64,000 bases of DNA from an uncultured virus (IMG/VR IMGVR_UViG_3300035670_000148) (lineage: Duplodnaviria; Heunggongvirae; Uroviricota; Caudoviricetes): IMG/VR virus record IMGVR_UViG_3300035670_000148; one strand, given 5' to 3'. Made by a program: the position numbers and the translations under genes. The notes under the pieces are model-generated. The model saw only the letters and a list, made by a program, of their open reading frames with translations. It was not told the origin of the DNA and searched no databases. Shown here piece by piece: positions 38,964-49,551 of this stretch (positions are counted from its first letter, which is position 1; each line of letters opens with the position of its first letter).

Positions 38964-39592
38964 TGAATCGAGTAAAAACTGAAATTCAAAAGCCCCGCAC
39001 GAGTGGGTTTGGGTGTGGGGTTTCTCTTATTGAAAAGCACCATCAAGGTGTTATAGGCGAGGTTTTCGCGGAACTTATTCACCCAAATGGCGAGCGTGAA
39101 CGAGTCCTCGAAAAAAAGAATATTTACACACTTGATGGAGGTATCTTAGCTGCGATGTACTTCGCAGGGGAAACCATTAATCCTGTCTCTATGCTCGCAA
39201 TAGGTAATGGCGCTACAGGCAGTATCGTATCGCCAGATGTTGCGGATAATCGGCAGAGAAAGCTGAATAATGAGATATATAGGAAGCCTTTCTCTTCTGT
39301 TATTTACCGCGCGGCGGATGGCTCAGAATCTAGTGTGCCCACAAATGTATTAGACCTGACAACAGTCTTCACAGAAACCGAGGCTTCTGGGGCAGGTCTT
39401 ACAGAGATGGGATTGCTCTCTACGAAGTCTCTTAATAATTCCGTCACTACTCCAAATACAGATGTGTTCCCGACCCGTACACTCACGACTGACTTAAGAG
39501 AATATGATATTCTCTTAAACTACATCACCTTTCCGGTCATACATAAACTTCAAGGGTCAGTTCTCGCTTTAACTTGGCGTTTGACTTTCTAA
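38963..39592 (+). CDS. Tail fibre attachment / collar-type structural protein
   Basis: 'MLAIGNG', 'LTTVFTETEA..GLTEMGL...LLNYITFPVIHK....LALTWRLTF'; paralog of 38158..38889. Confidence 0.55.
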   Translation: MNRVKTEIQKPRTSGFGCGVSLIEKHHQGVIGEVFAELIHPNGERERVLEKKNIYTLDGGILAAMYFAGETINPVSMLAIGNGATGSIVSPDVADNRQRKLNNEIYRKPFSSVIYRAADGSESSVPTNVLDLTTVFTETEASGAGLTEMGLLSTKSLNNSVTTPNTDVFPTRTLTTDLREYDILLNYITFPVIHKLQGSVLALTWRLTF

Positions 39593-39602
39593 GAGGTGTA
39601 CC

Positions 39603-42600
39603 ATGACTGAATATATTTCTACTACATCTCGACAACTCACTCCTTTTCGTAAGGCATGGTCAAATGTCGTTTATCAGTCAGGAAGGTCTGTTCTAGATAG
39701 CGAACTAAACCTGACTCAAGCGATTCAGAACCAAAGAAAAAAGAAGTCTCTCCCATCAGGGGTTATTTCTGAACAACCTACTGAGTACAGCTCAGATTTT
39801 ATTTTTTACTCTCCCTCTCAAGAAGAATTTATCCCCAACACCTTCTATATCCCCGCTTTTACAGCAAATGTAGCGGGTCTTGAGGTCTTTGTTGCAGGTA
39901 CAGAAATAAATGACCCTGAGCTTAACTTAATCACACTTCCAGAACCCCCCCTCGCTTCTCTCACTCCACCAGACCCAAATGTATTAAACTTCGTCTTCTT
40001 AGAAGTTTGGAGAAGTCTTGTCACTCCGACCTCTTCTGCAACAGGCTATCTCCGCATAACCTCTAATGAGGGTCTAATCGAGGGTGACACAATCACACTT
40101 GATGGTAGTGGACTTGTTGGCGGTGCTTTAATCTCTTTAGAGGCTGGCGTTGACTTTGAAATAGGTTTAACAGCCTCGGAGACTGCTAGAAATATTAGAG
40201 ATTTTATCAATACTATCAGCACTTTAGGTGTTGGTGTTGAGGCTTCCACCGAAGGAACTGAATTTGTATTTTTGAGTTTTACAGGGGGTGTTGAAGGGAA
40301 CGATGTGATTTTAGCGACGAGTAGTAGTTCAATCTTAATCGGTCAACCAAGAGGGGGCACCAATGGAATTGGAACTCCTGTTGCAGATAAGATTTATTTT
40401 GAGGGGAATACTCGCTGTGATAGTGGACTCTATTTAGATGATGACATCCGAGATTCAGAAATAGGTGTAGAGACTACAAAGCGAGTTCAAGTTCAATATC
40501 GCTTAAGAGTCCATGAGACTATAGACATCACAGATGTGTATGGGTTTGAGAACCTAGACATATTTGCACAAGGCGGTTCAGAAAATCCTGTCACCGACTT
40601 TTATTTCTCTAGGGCTAATGGTGAGTCACATACGAGAACAACGGATGGGGGCTTAAACTCTTATCCATATGAGGATACGGGATTATTTGTGTGTGGAGAT
40701 GGCTCGGAGAGTGCGGCTACGAGTCTAAATAGCGTTGATGGTTATGTCTTCGCGATACCTATCTGCGTAGTAGCGCGCAGAAATAATGGGCTGTTTGACC
40801 CAACATTAGCGGTGAATAATGGTCTTTTAAGTACACACACAGGAGAGACAAACACGTCATTGACGGATAACTCTTCCTTCGTTATCGCAGCAGGCACTTC
40901 AGATAGACCCGATGGTTTATTCTCAGATGAAATATCATCTGTGGATGTCTTGGATTTAAGACGAAGTGTGTACCCTGTCGGTTTAGACTACACGAGTGAG
41001 CTAGAGAGACAATTTCAGCTACTTTTAGATAATAGAAATCGCACATGGTTTATGAAGAGTTCTGATTATGAGCCGATTGGTTCATCAAGTGGCGATGTGA
41101 GTACGACTCCTCTGATTTGTAATGAGATTGGAAGAAGCACAGATTTTGGAGGTCAGGGAGGCACGACTTTAAGAGGTACTTTTATACGAAACTTTGACCA
41201 TGTGGCGACTCGATTCTCGGATATACCTACGCTTGAGAGACTCGTGATAGAGGTCTATCCCGATGGGTCAGAGACATATAATGGCGCAGTTTCTGTCACA
41301 AAACAGGATGGGTCTGCCAATTGGTACGAGGGTGATATAATCACAATAGACCTATCAAGTTTGGATGCTTCCTCTAGATTTAGATATTGGGATACGCCCT
41401 CGTCAGCGGGATTAACCCTAGACGCACTTTTCCCCGAAGGTACAAAAGTCATAGATGTCGTTGATTCTTATCACGATGACGGGCATACTCTAAGCTCTGT
41501 GGCGCAAGAAGCAGTTTGGTCTAATGTTTCAGGGCTTGGAACTCTACAGGTGAGTTTGACATTAGATAGAAATCTAAAAGTAGTGAACGGAGGACTTGCC
41601 ACAAACCCTGATTATAAGATGGTGGGGAATGCAACCGAAGGAGATGTGGGTTCTCCGCGCAGGATTATTTTGAAACTCTTAATTGAGTATCCCGCAAATC
41701 TAGGTCTTACAAGTCCACCTACGACAGCTATCTTGCCTAACTCAAATACGGCATATCCAACAGAGAGTCCTGTAATTGAGCTAGACTCTGACCAGCGCGA
41801 CCCCGACTCCATCTTACCTCCTTTTGCTTCTTATCGTGAAGGCATAAGAGAAGTGGTGCTTGAGAGAGTTATGGGAGAAGTTGTTGATTATTATGTTTCG
41901 AGTCAAGGGGGCTTTATTCGTATTCCTTATAAGGTGTATGATGATGGTGATGTCTATACACCTATAGTGTATGACGAAGTAGCGAGCGTTGAAGTGGATG
42001 TGGACTTTGAGTATTCAAGTTTAGGCTCCACTAACACGCAATTGGCTTTTCAGTTTCCTGTGATTGGACAGAAACTATTAAGAGTCACCTACTATCCAAA
42101 AGTTGCGGTATCTAACTACGGGACTACAGGCTATCAAGTGGGTGCTTATTTCAGAGCAGTCACTCCTCAGACCGCAGGTTCAAAAATAGAACCGCTATCT
42201 GTGCCAAGTAGCTTAGTTGTGAAGCCACTTAAGATTTCAGACAAGATATGGGTGATTCAGGGTGGTTCTAGCTCATCTGATGGATTTTATCCTTATCAGA
42301 GTCCTTCTGAACAACTAGGTGTTCACCCCTCAATCTTTGAGTATGATGACGAAGGGGCTTTAGAGACTCCTCCTTTCATACAGCTTAATGACTTTTCTAT
42401 TTCTACAGGGATTGTGTCACTTCCTGTGTTGCTCCCGATGGATAGCACGAGTTTGATGACATTCCAAACGCCTCTTCTAGACCAAGAGGCGAGGGTTTGT
42501 TATACGACCACCCCTTCGGGTCAATATAAACCAAGCGCCTTCGCTAAGAACCTAGATGATTATGCGGCACATAAAAACGCATTACCTATGTTAGCGAAGG

Positions 42601-42782
42601 TTGAAGTAGAGACAGACCTATTCAGAAAAGGTGAGATTGTCTTGATGGTGTTCTCAAGGCTCTCAGAAAATCCTGATCTAAATGTAGGGTCAAACAAGAA
42701 CCAAGTCCTCTTCTCAAGCGAAGAGAGTCGAACTGTCGTGTGTGTGTACCGCACACAAAACCTGCTGTTGGGAGGAGCGTAA
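39603..42782 (+). CDS. Large tail/baseplate-associated structural protein
   Basis: N-terminal 'VVYQSGRSVLDSELNLTQ', 'FVFLEVW', 'TTKRVQVQYRLR', 'DGYVFAIPICVVARRN', 'RPDGLFSD..DVLDLR' shared with 49552..54732. Confidence 0.65.
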   Translation: MTEYISTTSRQLTPFRKAWSNVVYQSGRSVLDSELNLTQAIQNQRKKKSLPSGVISEQPTEYSSDFIFYSPSQEEFIPNTFYIPAFTANVAGLEVFVAGTEINDPELNLITLPEPPLASLTPPDPNVLNFVFLEVWRSLVTPTSSATGYLRITSNEGLIEGDTITLDGSGLVGGALISLEAGVDFEIGLTASETARNIRDFINTISTLGVGVEASTEGTEFVFLSFTGGVEGNDVILATSSSSILIGQPRGGTNGIGTPVADKIYFEGNTRCDSGLYLDDDIRDSEIGVETTKRVQVQYRLRVHETIDITDVYGFENLDIFAQGGSENPVTDFYFSRANGESHTRTTDGGLNSYPYEDTGLFVCGDGSESAATSLNSVDGYVFAIPICVVARRNNGLFDPTLAVNNGLLSTHTGETNTSLTDNSSFVIAAGTSDRPDGLFSDEISSVDVLDLRRSVYPVGLDYTSELERQFQLLLDNRNRTWFMKSSDYEPIGSSSGDVSTTPLICNEIGRSTDFGGQGGTTLRGTFIRNFDHVATRFSDIPTLERLVIEVYPDGSETYNGAVSVTKQDGSANWYEGDIITIDLSSLDASSRFRYWDTPSSAGLTLDALFPEGTKVIDVVDSYHDDGHTLSSVAQEAVWSNVSGLGTLQVSLTLDRNLKVVNGGLATNPDYKMVGNATEGDVGSPRRIILKLLIEYPANLGLTSPPTTAILPNSNTAYPTESPVIELDSDQRDPDSILPPFASYREGIREVVLERVMGEVVDYYVSSQGGFIRIPYKVYDDGDVYTPIVYDEVASVEVDVDFEYSSLGSTNTQLAFQFPVIGQKLLRVTYYPKVAVSNYGTTGYQVGAYFRAVTPQTAGSKIEPLSVPSSLVVKPLKISDKIWVIQGGSSSSDGFYPYQSPSEQLGVHPSIFEYDDEGALETPPFIQLNDFSISTGIVSLPVLLPMDSTSLMTFQTPLLDQEARVCYTTTPSGQYKPSAFAKNLDDYAAHKNALPMLAKVEVETDLFRKGEIVLMVFSRLSENPDLNVGSNKNQVLFSSEESRTVVCVYRTQNLLLGGA

Positions 42783-42787
42783 ATATT

Positions 42788-45700
42788 ATGCCAAGAATAA
42801 GTGACCCAAAGACCTCAGTTTTGATCGGGAATGGGAACTCTCCTAACACCAATATCAATAACTTAAACACTCAGGTAAACATCAATCAATCTGCCTATAC
42901 AGCTAGTCAGATTTCAACTGACCCCTCTATTTCTTATTTAGGTGACGAAGTTCAAAGCCACTTAAATGACTTAGAGGGCTTACTGAGCAGACCCCCTTTC
43001 TTGGGTGAAGGCTCTAAGAGTTTCTCTTTAGGTGCTTTATCAGCCTCGATTTCGGGTTATCCCGATTGGGGTGTCTTAAAGCAAGCAGACAACTCCGTTT
43101 TCACAAGACAAGAGACACTCACTTTTGATGGAGTCTCCGTAGATAGTGACACTTTTACACTTAGTCCTAGTGATACTTTTTTCTACCAAAAAGTGAACCC
43201 CATTCCTTTTGGGTCAGAAGGAGCAGAACCCCCCACAGACCCTATCTTCAACATTGAGCATATAGACCTCGTTGGTGGCGGACAGGGTGCTTCTTTCCTT
43301 GCAGGTAGATTAGGGGACTCTGAAACAAGCTCTCCAAATACAGCTCGCTTATTTCCATTCGTACGAGTCACTTATTCAGAAATAAGTCAGGCTTCCGATG
43401 GGTTTACCTTATCTGGTTTCTTATTTCCTGCGGATAGAGGAACTTTAGCTCTTGTTCATTGGAACTCAGACATAAATAATCTTTTGACCCCCGCCTCAAG
43501 CGTAGAGACCATACGCTCGCGCGTCGTCGCAGCGATAAACTTAAATGGCGGCATCAACCCTAATGACATCTCTATTTTTGACTCTTCTCTGAGTACCGAA
43601 TTATTTCCGAGTGTCCTCACAGGTCAGTATGACTTATATGAGCTACAGACAGCTAAATACCGCTCAGATTTATCAAATGGTGGCGACAATATAGCGGGGA
43701 AAATCGCGGATCACTCTCTTGGGTCAGTCCGATTACTGAGAGATGAGAACGCAGCTTTCTTTGGTGAAGACACAGACACGACTGATACTCTAAGGGGACA
43801 CTTGCCTGTTCTATTTGGTGCTTATGAATGGGATACAGACACCTCAGATTGGGTTGAGACAGAGGCTAACTTCTTAGCGTATAGACTTCCTATGTTGGAG
43901 TCTTATGCCGCGAGTTCTCTATTTACCCCTAACTCAGAACGAGAACGATTCTTTAATGTCGTCCAGCCTGCAAGTACTACGACACCCTTCACTACAGCGG
44001 GTGGATATGTCACTTTAGGAGAAAATCAATACACCTTCCAAGTCGCTCGCTTTCGTCATGTTGTGAAATATGCCGAGGTTGAGGGTGTGTCTCTAAATGA
44101 GAAAGGGTCTTTTGCGCTCCTTCACTTCAAATCTGAGACTGCTTTTGAGAAGTTTGTTCGTGATGGTATCGCACCCTCTTCGGAAGAACTTTGGGGTGTT
44201 AACTTATTCAACTATGCAGATGGCGCAGATGAAGAGAACACTCTTAGAGATGGAGATGAGTTCTCTACTACAGGCACACCGATTATTTCTGAAGCTACAG
44301 AGGCTGATTCCCATTCTATCGTAAGGTCTTATGTCTATGTCTCAGACAGAGTTGTGGATTCAAAGTTAAGTTCCACAGGCTATTATGACGCGACTTTTGA
44401 GCAAGCGCAAGAATCCACAGGGTTTAAGTTTCTTAGAGAAAATGGCTATTACACCACTATTTCCGGTGTCCACTACCTACTCCCACGCTTCCATAGTGGA
44501 AATAATCAGAACATAGAAATAACCGCGACTTTTACAGATGGGGGAGGTGCGACTCCCTTCGCTAATCCTTTCTATACGTCAACCACAGGCGAACTCTATC
44601 AACAGAAATATCGCGCGCCCTTCAATAGCGTAGCTCTTAATGTTTCTGCTCTAACAGGGTCTTCTAATATAGAAGCCGAAACTGAAATAGGAGATATAAC
44701 AGAGAGGGTTTCAACTCAATGTGTCAATGTCCCCCTAGAGTATCTAGCTACAGGTATAGATGAAAGCTCAACCCTTGATATTATATCTGTTCAGATAAGA
44801 CCTTTAGGGGATATTGGTCTTTGTTCCTTCACCGAGGGTCTGACAACGAGTGCTTTAGTAAGAGACCCTCTCTATCACTATGACGGCTTTGGCTTATCTA
44901 AAGTCTTAGTCTCCACAGCAGGGGAGAACTCTAGTGAGGCTCCCACAACAAGGGTACTCTATCACTCAGCAAGACTTCTCTCTTTGATAGAGAACTGCAC
45001 CACAAGTATGGTCAATATTTATGTCAACTATAACGCGCTAGGGCGTGCGGTTGACTGTGCCTTCTCTATATTTAGATATGATGAAGAGGGCTTCAGAGTT
45101 TATCAGAGACTTAACTTAATCGGGAGTGCGCTACAAGAGTGTTCGGGGCTTGGGAAAATCGGAATAGCGGATAACTTTCCTTTATATCCTACATACAGGG
45201 CATCCACATCTAGCGCATATACCGCAACGATAGACATCAACACGCCTAATGCAACTTTTGAAGCTGTAGATGATGGGCAGTACTACATAGAGGTTCACCC
45301 TACAAGTGACTCAAGCTCTAATGCTGATTACTTACAGGTCGTGAAGCTCCCTTCTATCTTCACAGACGGCGATAGTGGGTATGCCGATTATCAAGCAATC
45401 TATGACCAACGGATAACTCAGTCTAAACTCTACGAGAACCCCTCAAATTGGTATGAGTCGTATGGGACTTTAGGGTATCTTCTTGGTCGTTTCTTGACCT
45501 ATGAGAATGGCTACACGAACCATAATAACACAGCTTCTTTTGAACACCCCTATCTACCTGCCCTAGTTGCTTCTGATGACTATGGGAAATGGATAGAAGA
45601 AGTCGCTAAGAGTGACGGGACAGAGCTACCCACTTATGGGAACTTCACCGAAGACGAGCTAGGTATTATTTCTGTGCAGGGTATGTCTGCCCCCTTAGGT

Positions 45701-48700
45701 TTAACAGTATTTGTTCCTGCTTGGGCGGATAGTGGTTCTACACTAGATAGAAGGGGTTTATCTACCCTCTTTACAGCGCGCAAGGACACACAAGAAAGAT
45801 TTCTTGATGAGTCTTATCGTATATACCATACCTTCTTCGGGTTTGATGCGGCATACCTATACAGGGTTCCTGTCCCTACGGGTTGGGACGAGAATACATT
45901 TCTTCAGCTAAGTGGGGATGGGTTCATTTCAGAAGGAGTAACATATGGCGGGCTTCCTTTGGGTGTTTCTCCCATAGAGTTCTTCGTGAGGGATGACAGC
46001 GAGGTCTTGGTTGATGGGGATGCCTTTGGTTCTAATCATAGTGCGGCGGGGTATCTCAGAAATGGGCTTCACCTCAATGTGATAGGGGCTAATGACCTTC
46101 CGACATCAGAGGTGCGCGCGCTACCCCCCATGCCTGATGCTGTTCTCTCAGGGGCGAAATATGGTCAACCTAGAAGGGGTGTGTTAGTCACTCCGGGACA
46201 GACCGACTATACAAGCTCAGACTATATCCCTAACTCAACATATGACGCTTCGTGGACAAATGATGACGGAGCGACACCTGCGTTATGGTTTGACCAGCCC
46301 AATAACACAGAGCCTGCCGTAGATAGGGTGTACTTCGTGCGCGCTTTTGATGTAGGGTTTAGTCGAAGCGGGACTTCTGAAGATGTGGATGGTGATTCTG
46401 AGGTTAAACTGAGACTAGTGGGCGTACTCTTTGAGGATGTAAGCAAAGCAGACAGAGGTCTTATAATTCAAGTTAAGATACCCGGCAAAACTGCATGGCT
46501 AGATATAGGGAAGCCCTTTGGTTATGGAGACATCACGAGCCCTAGTCGAGATGGTGCTGGTTGTACTCTCTCTGTCAGAGATGGGGTGCTTGTAGATGAA
46601 GGAATCGTTTGTTGTGACTTCAACTTAAACTTAGGGGAGACATTATTTCTGAACTCCGAGGGAGAGGCTACGATTTTGGTGCGTGTAATACACACGATGA
46701 CCTCAGAGGGAAGGGCATTAAATTTCGGAGGAGCTTCTAAGACTCCATTTAGAGACAGGCGCGGTCTTGTTGGGATAGAGGTGTTAAGAAACTCAACGGG
46801 CGCGAACTTTGATGGTGATGCTGTGATATTGGGGGCAACTCGCACACTTCAAGCCTTCTCTGTATCTGTCTCTGATGAGATGAGTTCTATGTCGGACACG
46901 ACTTCTGAGACATCTAACTCCTTAGCTTTAAGGTTTGGGCTGACAACAAACTCAAATACAGTTGCGGATAGCGAGAACTTCAGTATTTATACGGGGACAG
47001 GCATTACAGATATCAGTTATCCTTCTGTGATTCCTTATCCAATCACAGTATTCCCATTAACTTATAACATCACAGTCACAACGCAGAGTTCTCCTGCTCG
47101 GATTAAAATAACGCCTAAGTCTTCAATCACCCAAAATCTGACAAACTTTAATGCGGGATATCTCCCCAACATCTCAACATCTACTTATTACTTGTATGCG
47201 GAGACAGAGGGTGATGAGGCTACCTCTGATGTGAGTATTGCTTTTGATGTGACAGATGGGAATGCCAATGACACGAGCGCGGAGAACCCGCCTCTTGTAT
47301 ATAATGAGATATTTACAGGTTCTACGGGTACTGCGAGATATTATATTTATGAAGTCTCGGTCAATCCAGACCTTTCGGTTGATTTTACATCGGCTTCTAC
47401 GGGGAGTTTATTAACCTCGTTAACGCTGAACTTCACTTTTGAGGGAGCAAATACGAACAAGATATATTTCTCAGTCTATGACACTACGGATGAAGTTTTT
47501 GTAGAGTTGACTGCCCTAACTTCGCCTTTAGTTTGGCAGATTGAGAATGATGGTTATACAGCCGCTTTCCAAGCGGGTCAGGATTTAACAGGTGTAAATA
47601 CCTTGATGATAGAGGGTGTGTTCACAGTAGGACACAGCTATCTGATGAGTTGTTGGGGAGAAGAGGGAGACACTTTAGGTGTGAAAATGTATGTTTCAGA
47701 AAAACTGAAATGGATAGAGGGTCCTTATGGCAGTTCAACTACAACAGAGGGTGAGGGTTATGTGGATATTAAGGCTACTAGTGAGGGGTCTTACTCTCAG
47801 TACTTTTATGTGCGTGGAGATGGTTACTTGGTGTTTGAATATAGTGATACTCCTGACCCAAGACCTTTTTATCTCGGATTCAGTTTAGAAACGAATGGGA
47901 CAGTCACACCAGCTAAAGAAAACTTTAGCTTTTATAGAGCCTCAGATATAACAGACATTTCATATCCTAATGTGGTGATATTAGAAGACCTAGCTCTCTC
48001 TAAAGAGGCTCACTCTAAGCCTAGCTTTGTGAGCTTATTTCCTGAGAATAACTATCCTCAAAGCAATACCTTTGAAGGATACTTTGAGGGGGTGACTCCG
48101 GGAACTTATTGGATTTATTCGGAGTCTACGATAGACACTAGCGCCGACCCCGAAATGAATATCGCGTTTGAGACTCAGAGAATAATCCCTTCCACCGCGC
48201 TGACTACATTAACCTATAACAACTTATTACCCGGAGACCCCGCCAATAACTATTGGCATATCCATGAGGTAGTTATTTCTCCAAATGGTTTGGTGAACTT
48301 CGTTTCAGATGTATCATCGGGAGCGAAGGGGTCTTTTGATTCAGTCTTAAACGCAACACTTTATATACAGGGCACAAATCAAACGGGTTCGAGTGAGACA
48401 CCCACGCTCAGACTTGCTGTTTATGATTTATATGACGATGACTTCGTGACCTTGAATCAGGTGTTGATTGTTGATGGTGGCGATGAGAATTGGACTTCAA
48501 GTGTGGATTATTCTACGGCAACCTTCACAGGTGATTTTGTGAATAGTACAGACTTGGAGTCTCTGATTCTCAATCTTCAGATCGGACACCACTACAAGAT
48601 TACTTGTTATGGCTCGCATAATGCTTCGCTACAGATAAAGATTAAGACTATCCCTAACTTTACAGACAAGTGGATAGAGGGTCCTTATGGTAGCTCTACA

Positions 48701-48826
48701 ACCACAGCGGGTGAGGGTTATGTAGAGCTTATGCCGAGCGGAGGTGGTGGAAATACATATGAACATTATTTCTATGTGCGCGCTGATGGCTTCTTGGTAT
48801 TTCAATATAATACGAACCCCATATAA
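42788..48826 (+). CDS. Very large tail-associated structural protein with a duplicated C-terminal domain
   Basis: ATG 42788 behind GGAGGAG; S/T/G-rich beta protein in the tail operon; two copies of a ~315-aa C-terminal module containing 'KWIEGPYGSSTTT.GEGYV...YFYVR.DG.LVF.Y'. Confidence 0.65.
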   Translation: MPRISDPKTSVLIGNGNSPNTNINNLNTQVNINQSAYTASQISTDPSISYLGDEVQSHLNDLEGLLSRPPFLGEGSKSFSLGALSASISGYPDWGVLKQADNSVFTRQETLTFDGVSVDSDTFTLSPSDTFFYQKVNPIPFGSEGAEPPTDPIFNIEHIDLVGGGQGASFLAGRLGDSETSSPNTARLFPFVRVTYSEISQASDGFTLSGFLFPADRGTLALVHWNSDINNLLTPASSVETIRSRVVAAINLNGGINPNDISIFDSSLSTELFPSVLTGQYDLYELQTAKYRSDLSNGGDNIAGKIADHSLGSVRLLRDENAAFFGEDTDTTDTLRGHLPVLFGAYEWDTDTSDWVETEANFLAYRLPMLESYAASSLFTPNSERERFFNVVQPASTTTPFTTAGGYVTLGENQYTFQVARFRHVVKYAEVEGVSLNEKGSFALLHFKSETAFEKFVRDGIAPSSEELWGVNLFNYADGADEENTLRDGDEFSTTGTPIISEATEADSHSIVRSYVYVSDRVVDSKLSSTGYYDATFEQAQESTGFKFLRENGYYTTISGVHYLLPRFHSGNNQNIEITATFTDGGGATPFANPFYTSTTGELYQQKYRAPFNSVALNVSALTGSSNIEAETEIGDITERVSTQCVNVPLEYLATGIDESSTLDIISVQIRPLGDIGLCSFTEGLTTSALVRDPLYHYDGFGLSKVLVSTAGENSSEAPTTRVLYHSARLLSLIENCTTSMVNIYVNYNALGRAVDCAFSIFRYDEEGFRVYQRLNLIGSALQECSGLGKIGIADNFPLYPTYRASTSSAYTATIDINTPNATFEAVDDGQYYIEVHPTSDSSSNADYLQVVKLPSIFTDGDSGYADYQAIYDQRITQSKLYENPSNWYESYGTLGYLLGRFLTYENGYTNHNNTASFEHPYLPALVASDDYGKWIEEVAKSDGTELPTYGNFTEDELGIISVQGMSAPLGLTVFVPAWADSGSTLDRRGLSTLFTARKDTQERFLDESYRIYHTFFGFDAAYLYRVPVPTGWDENTFLQLSGDGFISEGVTYGGLPLGVSPIEFFVRDDSEVLVDGDAFGSNHSAAGYLRNGLHLNVIGANDLPTSEVRALPPMPDAVLSGAKYGQPRRGVLVTPGQTDYTSSDYIPNSTYDASWTNDDGATPALWFDQPNNTEPAVDRVYFVRAFDVGFSRSGTSEDVDGDSEVKLRLVGVLFEDVSKADRGLIIQVKIPGKTAWLDIGKPFGYGDITSPSRDGAGCTLSVRDGVLVDEGIVCCDFNLNLGETLFLNSEGEATILVRVIHTMTSEGRALNFGGASKTPFRDRRGLVGIEVLRNSTGANFDGDAVILGATRTLQAFSVSVSDEMSSMSDTTSETSNSLALRFGLTTNSNTVADSENFSIYTGTGITDISYPSVIPYPITVFPLTYNITVTTQSSPARIKITPKSSITQNLTNFNAGYLPNISTSTYYLYAETEGDEATSDVSIAFDVTDGNANDTSAENPPLVYNEIFTGSTGTARYYIYEVSVNPDLSVDFTSASTGSLLTSLTLNFTFEGANTNKIYFSVYDTTDEVFVELTALTSPLVWQIENDGYTAAFQAGQDLTGVNTLMIEGVFTVGHSYLMSCWGEEGDTLGVKMYVSEKLKWIEGPYGSSTTTEGEGYVDIKATSEGSYSQYFYVRGDGYLVFEYSDTPDPRPFYLGFSLETNGTVTPAKENFSFYRASDITDISYPNVVILEDLALSKEAHSKPSFVSLFPENNYPQSNTFEGYFEGVTPGTYWIYSESTIDTSADPEMNIAFETQRIIPSTALTTLTYNNLLPGDPANNYWHIHEVVISPNGLVNFVSDVSSGAKGSFDSVLNATLYIQGTNQTGSSETPTLRLAVYDLYDDDFVTLNQVLIVDGGDENWTSSVDYSTATFTGDFVNSTDLESLILNLQIGHHYKITCYGSHNASLQIKIKTIPNFTDKWIEGPYGSSTTTAGEGYVELMPSGGGGNTYEHYFYVRADGFLVFQYNTNPI

Positions 48827-48838
48827 TGGAGTAGCCGA

Positions 48839-49540
48839 ATGATAGTTTTTGATAGAAGATATGAAAGTGTCCAACAAGTCGTTTCAGAAGTTCCCTCATA
48901 TAGTATGAACGGGAGATTCTTATTAGATTATCCCGACAACATAGAACTTGAGGAGGAAAACCTTGTTTTTACAGGTATTTATGGTCTTGTCACAGAGATT
49001 ATTCCGAATAAGATACTAGAGTTATATCCGAGTTATGATTCAGTCATCTATGAGCCTCTTTTGGATTCTAGTTTGACCTTTGATAACAGCGTTTATTTCC
49101 CTAGAGACTTTGGTTTCCAGAGGACTAGAAATAAGTCAGGTACGACACCGAACTGTGCGAGTCTTCTTAAAACTAGTGATGTGGGGTGGTATGGAGTGGG
49201 TATTACCCATGAGATAGACATTACAGCGGAGACGAGTGATGGGTTGGGGAGAGAGACCTTCATGGTGTATTGGAGGTTTGTGACGAAGTCTTTCACACAA
49301 GATAAGACACCGACTATACACGACCCCTCAAATGAGGGAGCTTCTGTGACATATACGGAAGTCTCAAATCCTAGTCTATACTCAGTTTATATTAGCGGAG
49401 ATAATGGCTCAACATATCAAGAGGTTCAGAACTTGTCTCCTTATTCATTTTCAAGTCGAGTATCAAGTATTCGATTAGCTTTTGTGAATAAGACTACGAG
49501 TGATGATGTGTTTCTCTTGTCCTACGCTTTGTTGTTTTAA
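48839..49540 (+). CDS. Structural protein of the tail operon
   Basis: SD GGAG; 'VYISGDNGSTYQEV...IRLAF' beta-sandwich pattern. Confidence 0.55.
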   Translation: MIVFDRRYESVQQVVSEVPSYSMNGRFLLDYPDNIELEEENLVFTGIYGLVTEIIPNKILELYPSYDSVIYEPLLDSSLTFDNSVYFPRDFGFQRTRNKSGTTPNCASLLKTSDVGWYGVGITHEIDITAETSDGLGRETFMVYWRFVTKSFTQDKTPTIHDPSNEGASVTYTEVSNPSLYSVYISGDNGSTYQEVQNLSPYSFSSRVSSIRLAFVNKTTSDDVFLLSYALLF

Positions 49541-49551
49541 GGAGAGGTCAC

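Noticed and set aside
47705..48820. Repeated KWIEGPYGSSTTT segment as a DGR template/variable repeat pair
   Set aside because: Both copies are in frame in one gene, differences are mostly synonymous and not adenine-specific, and no reverse transcriptase is in the window.
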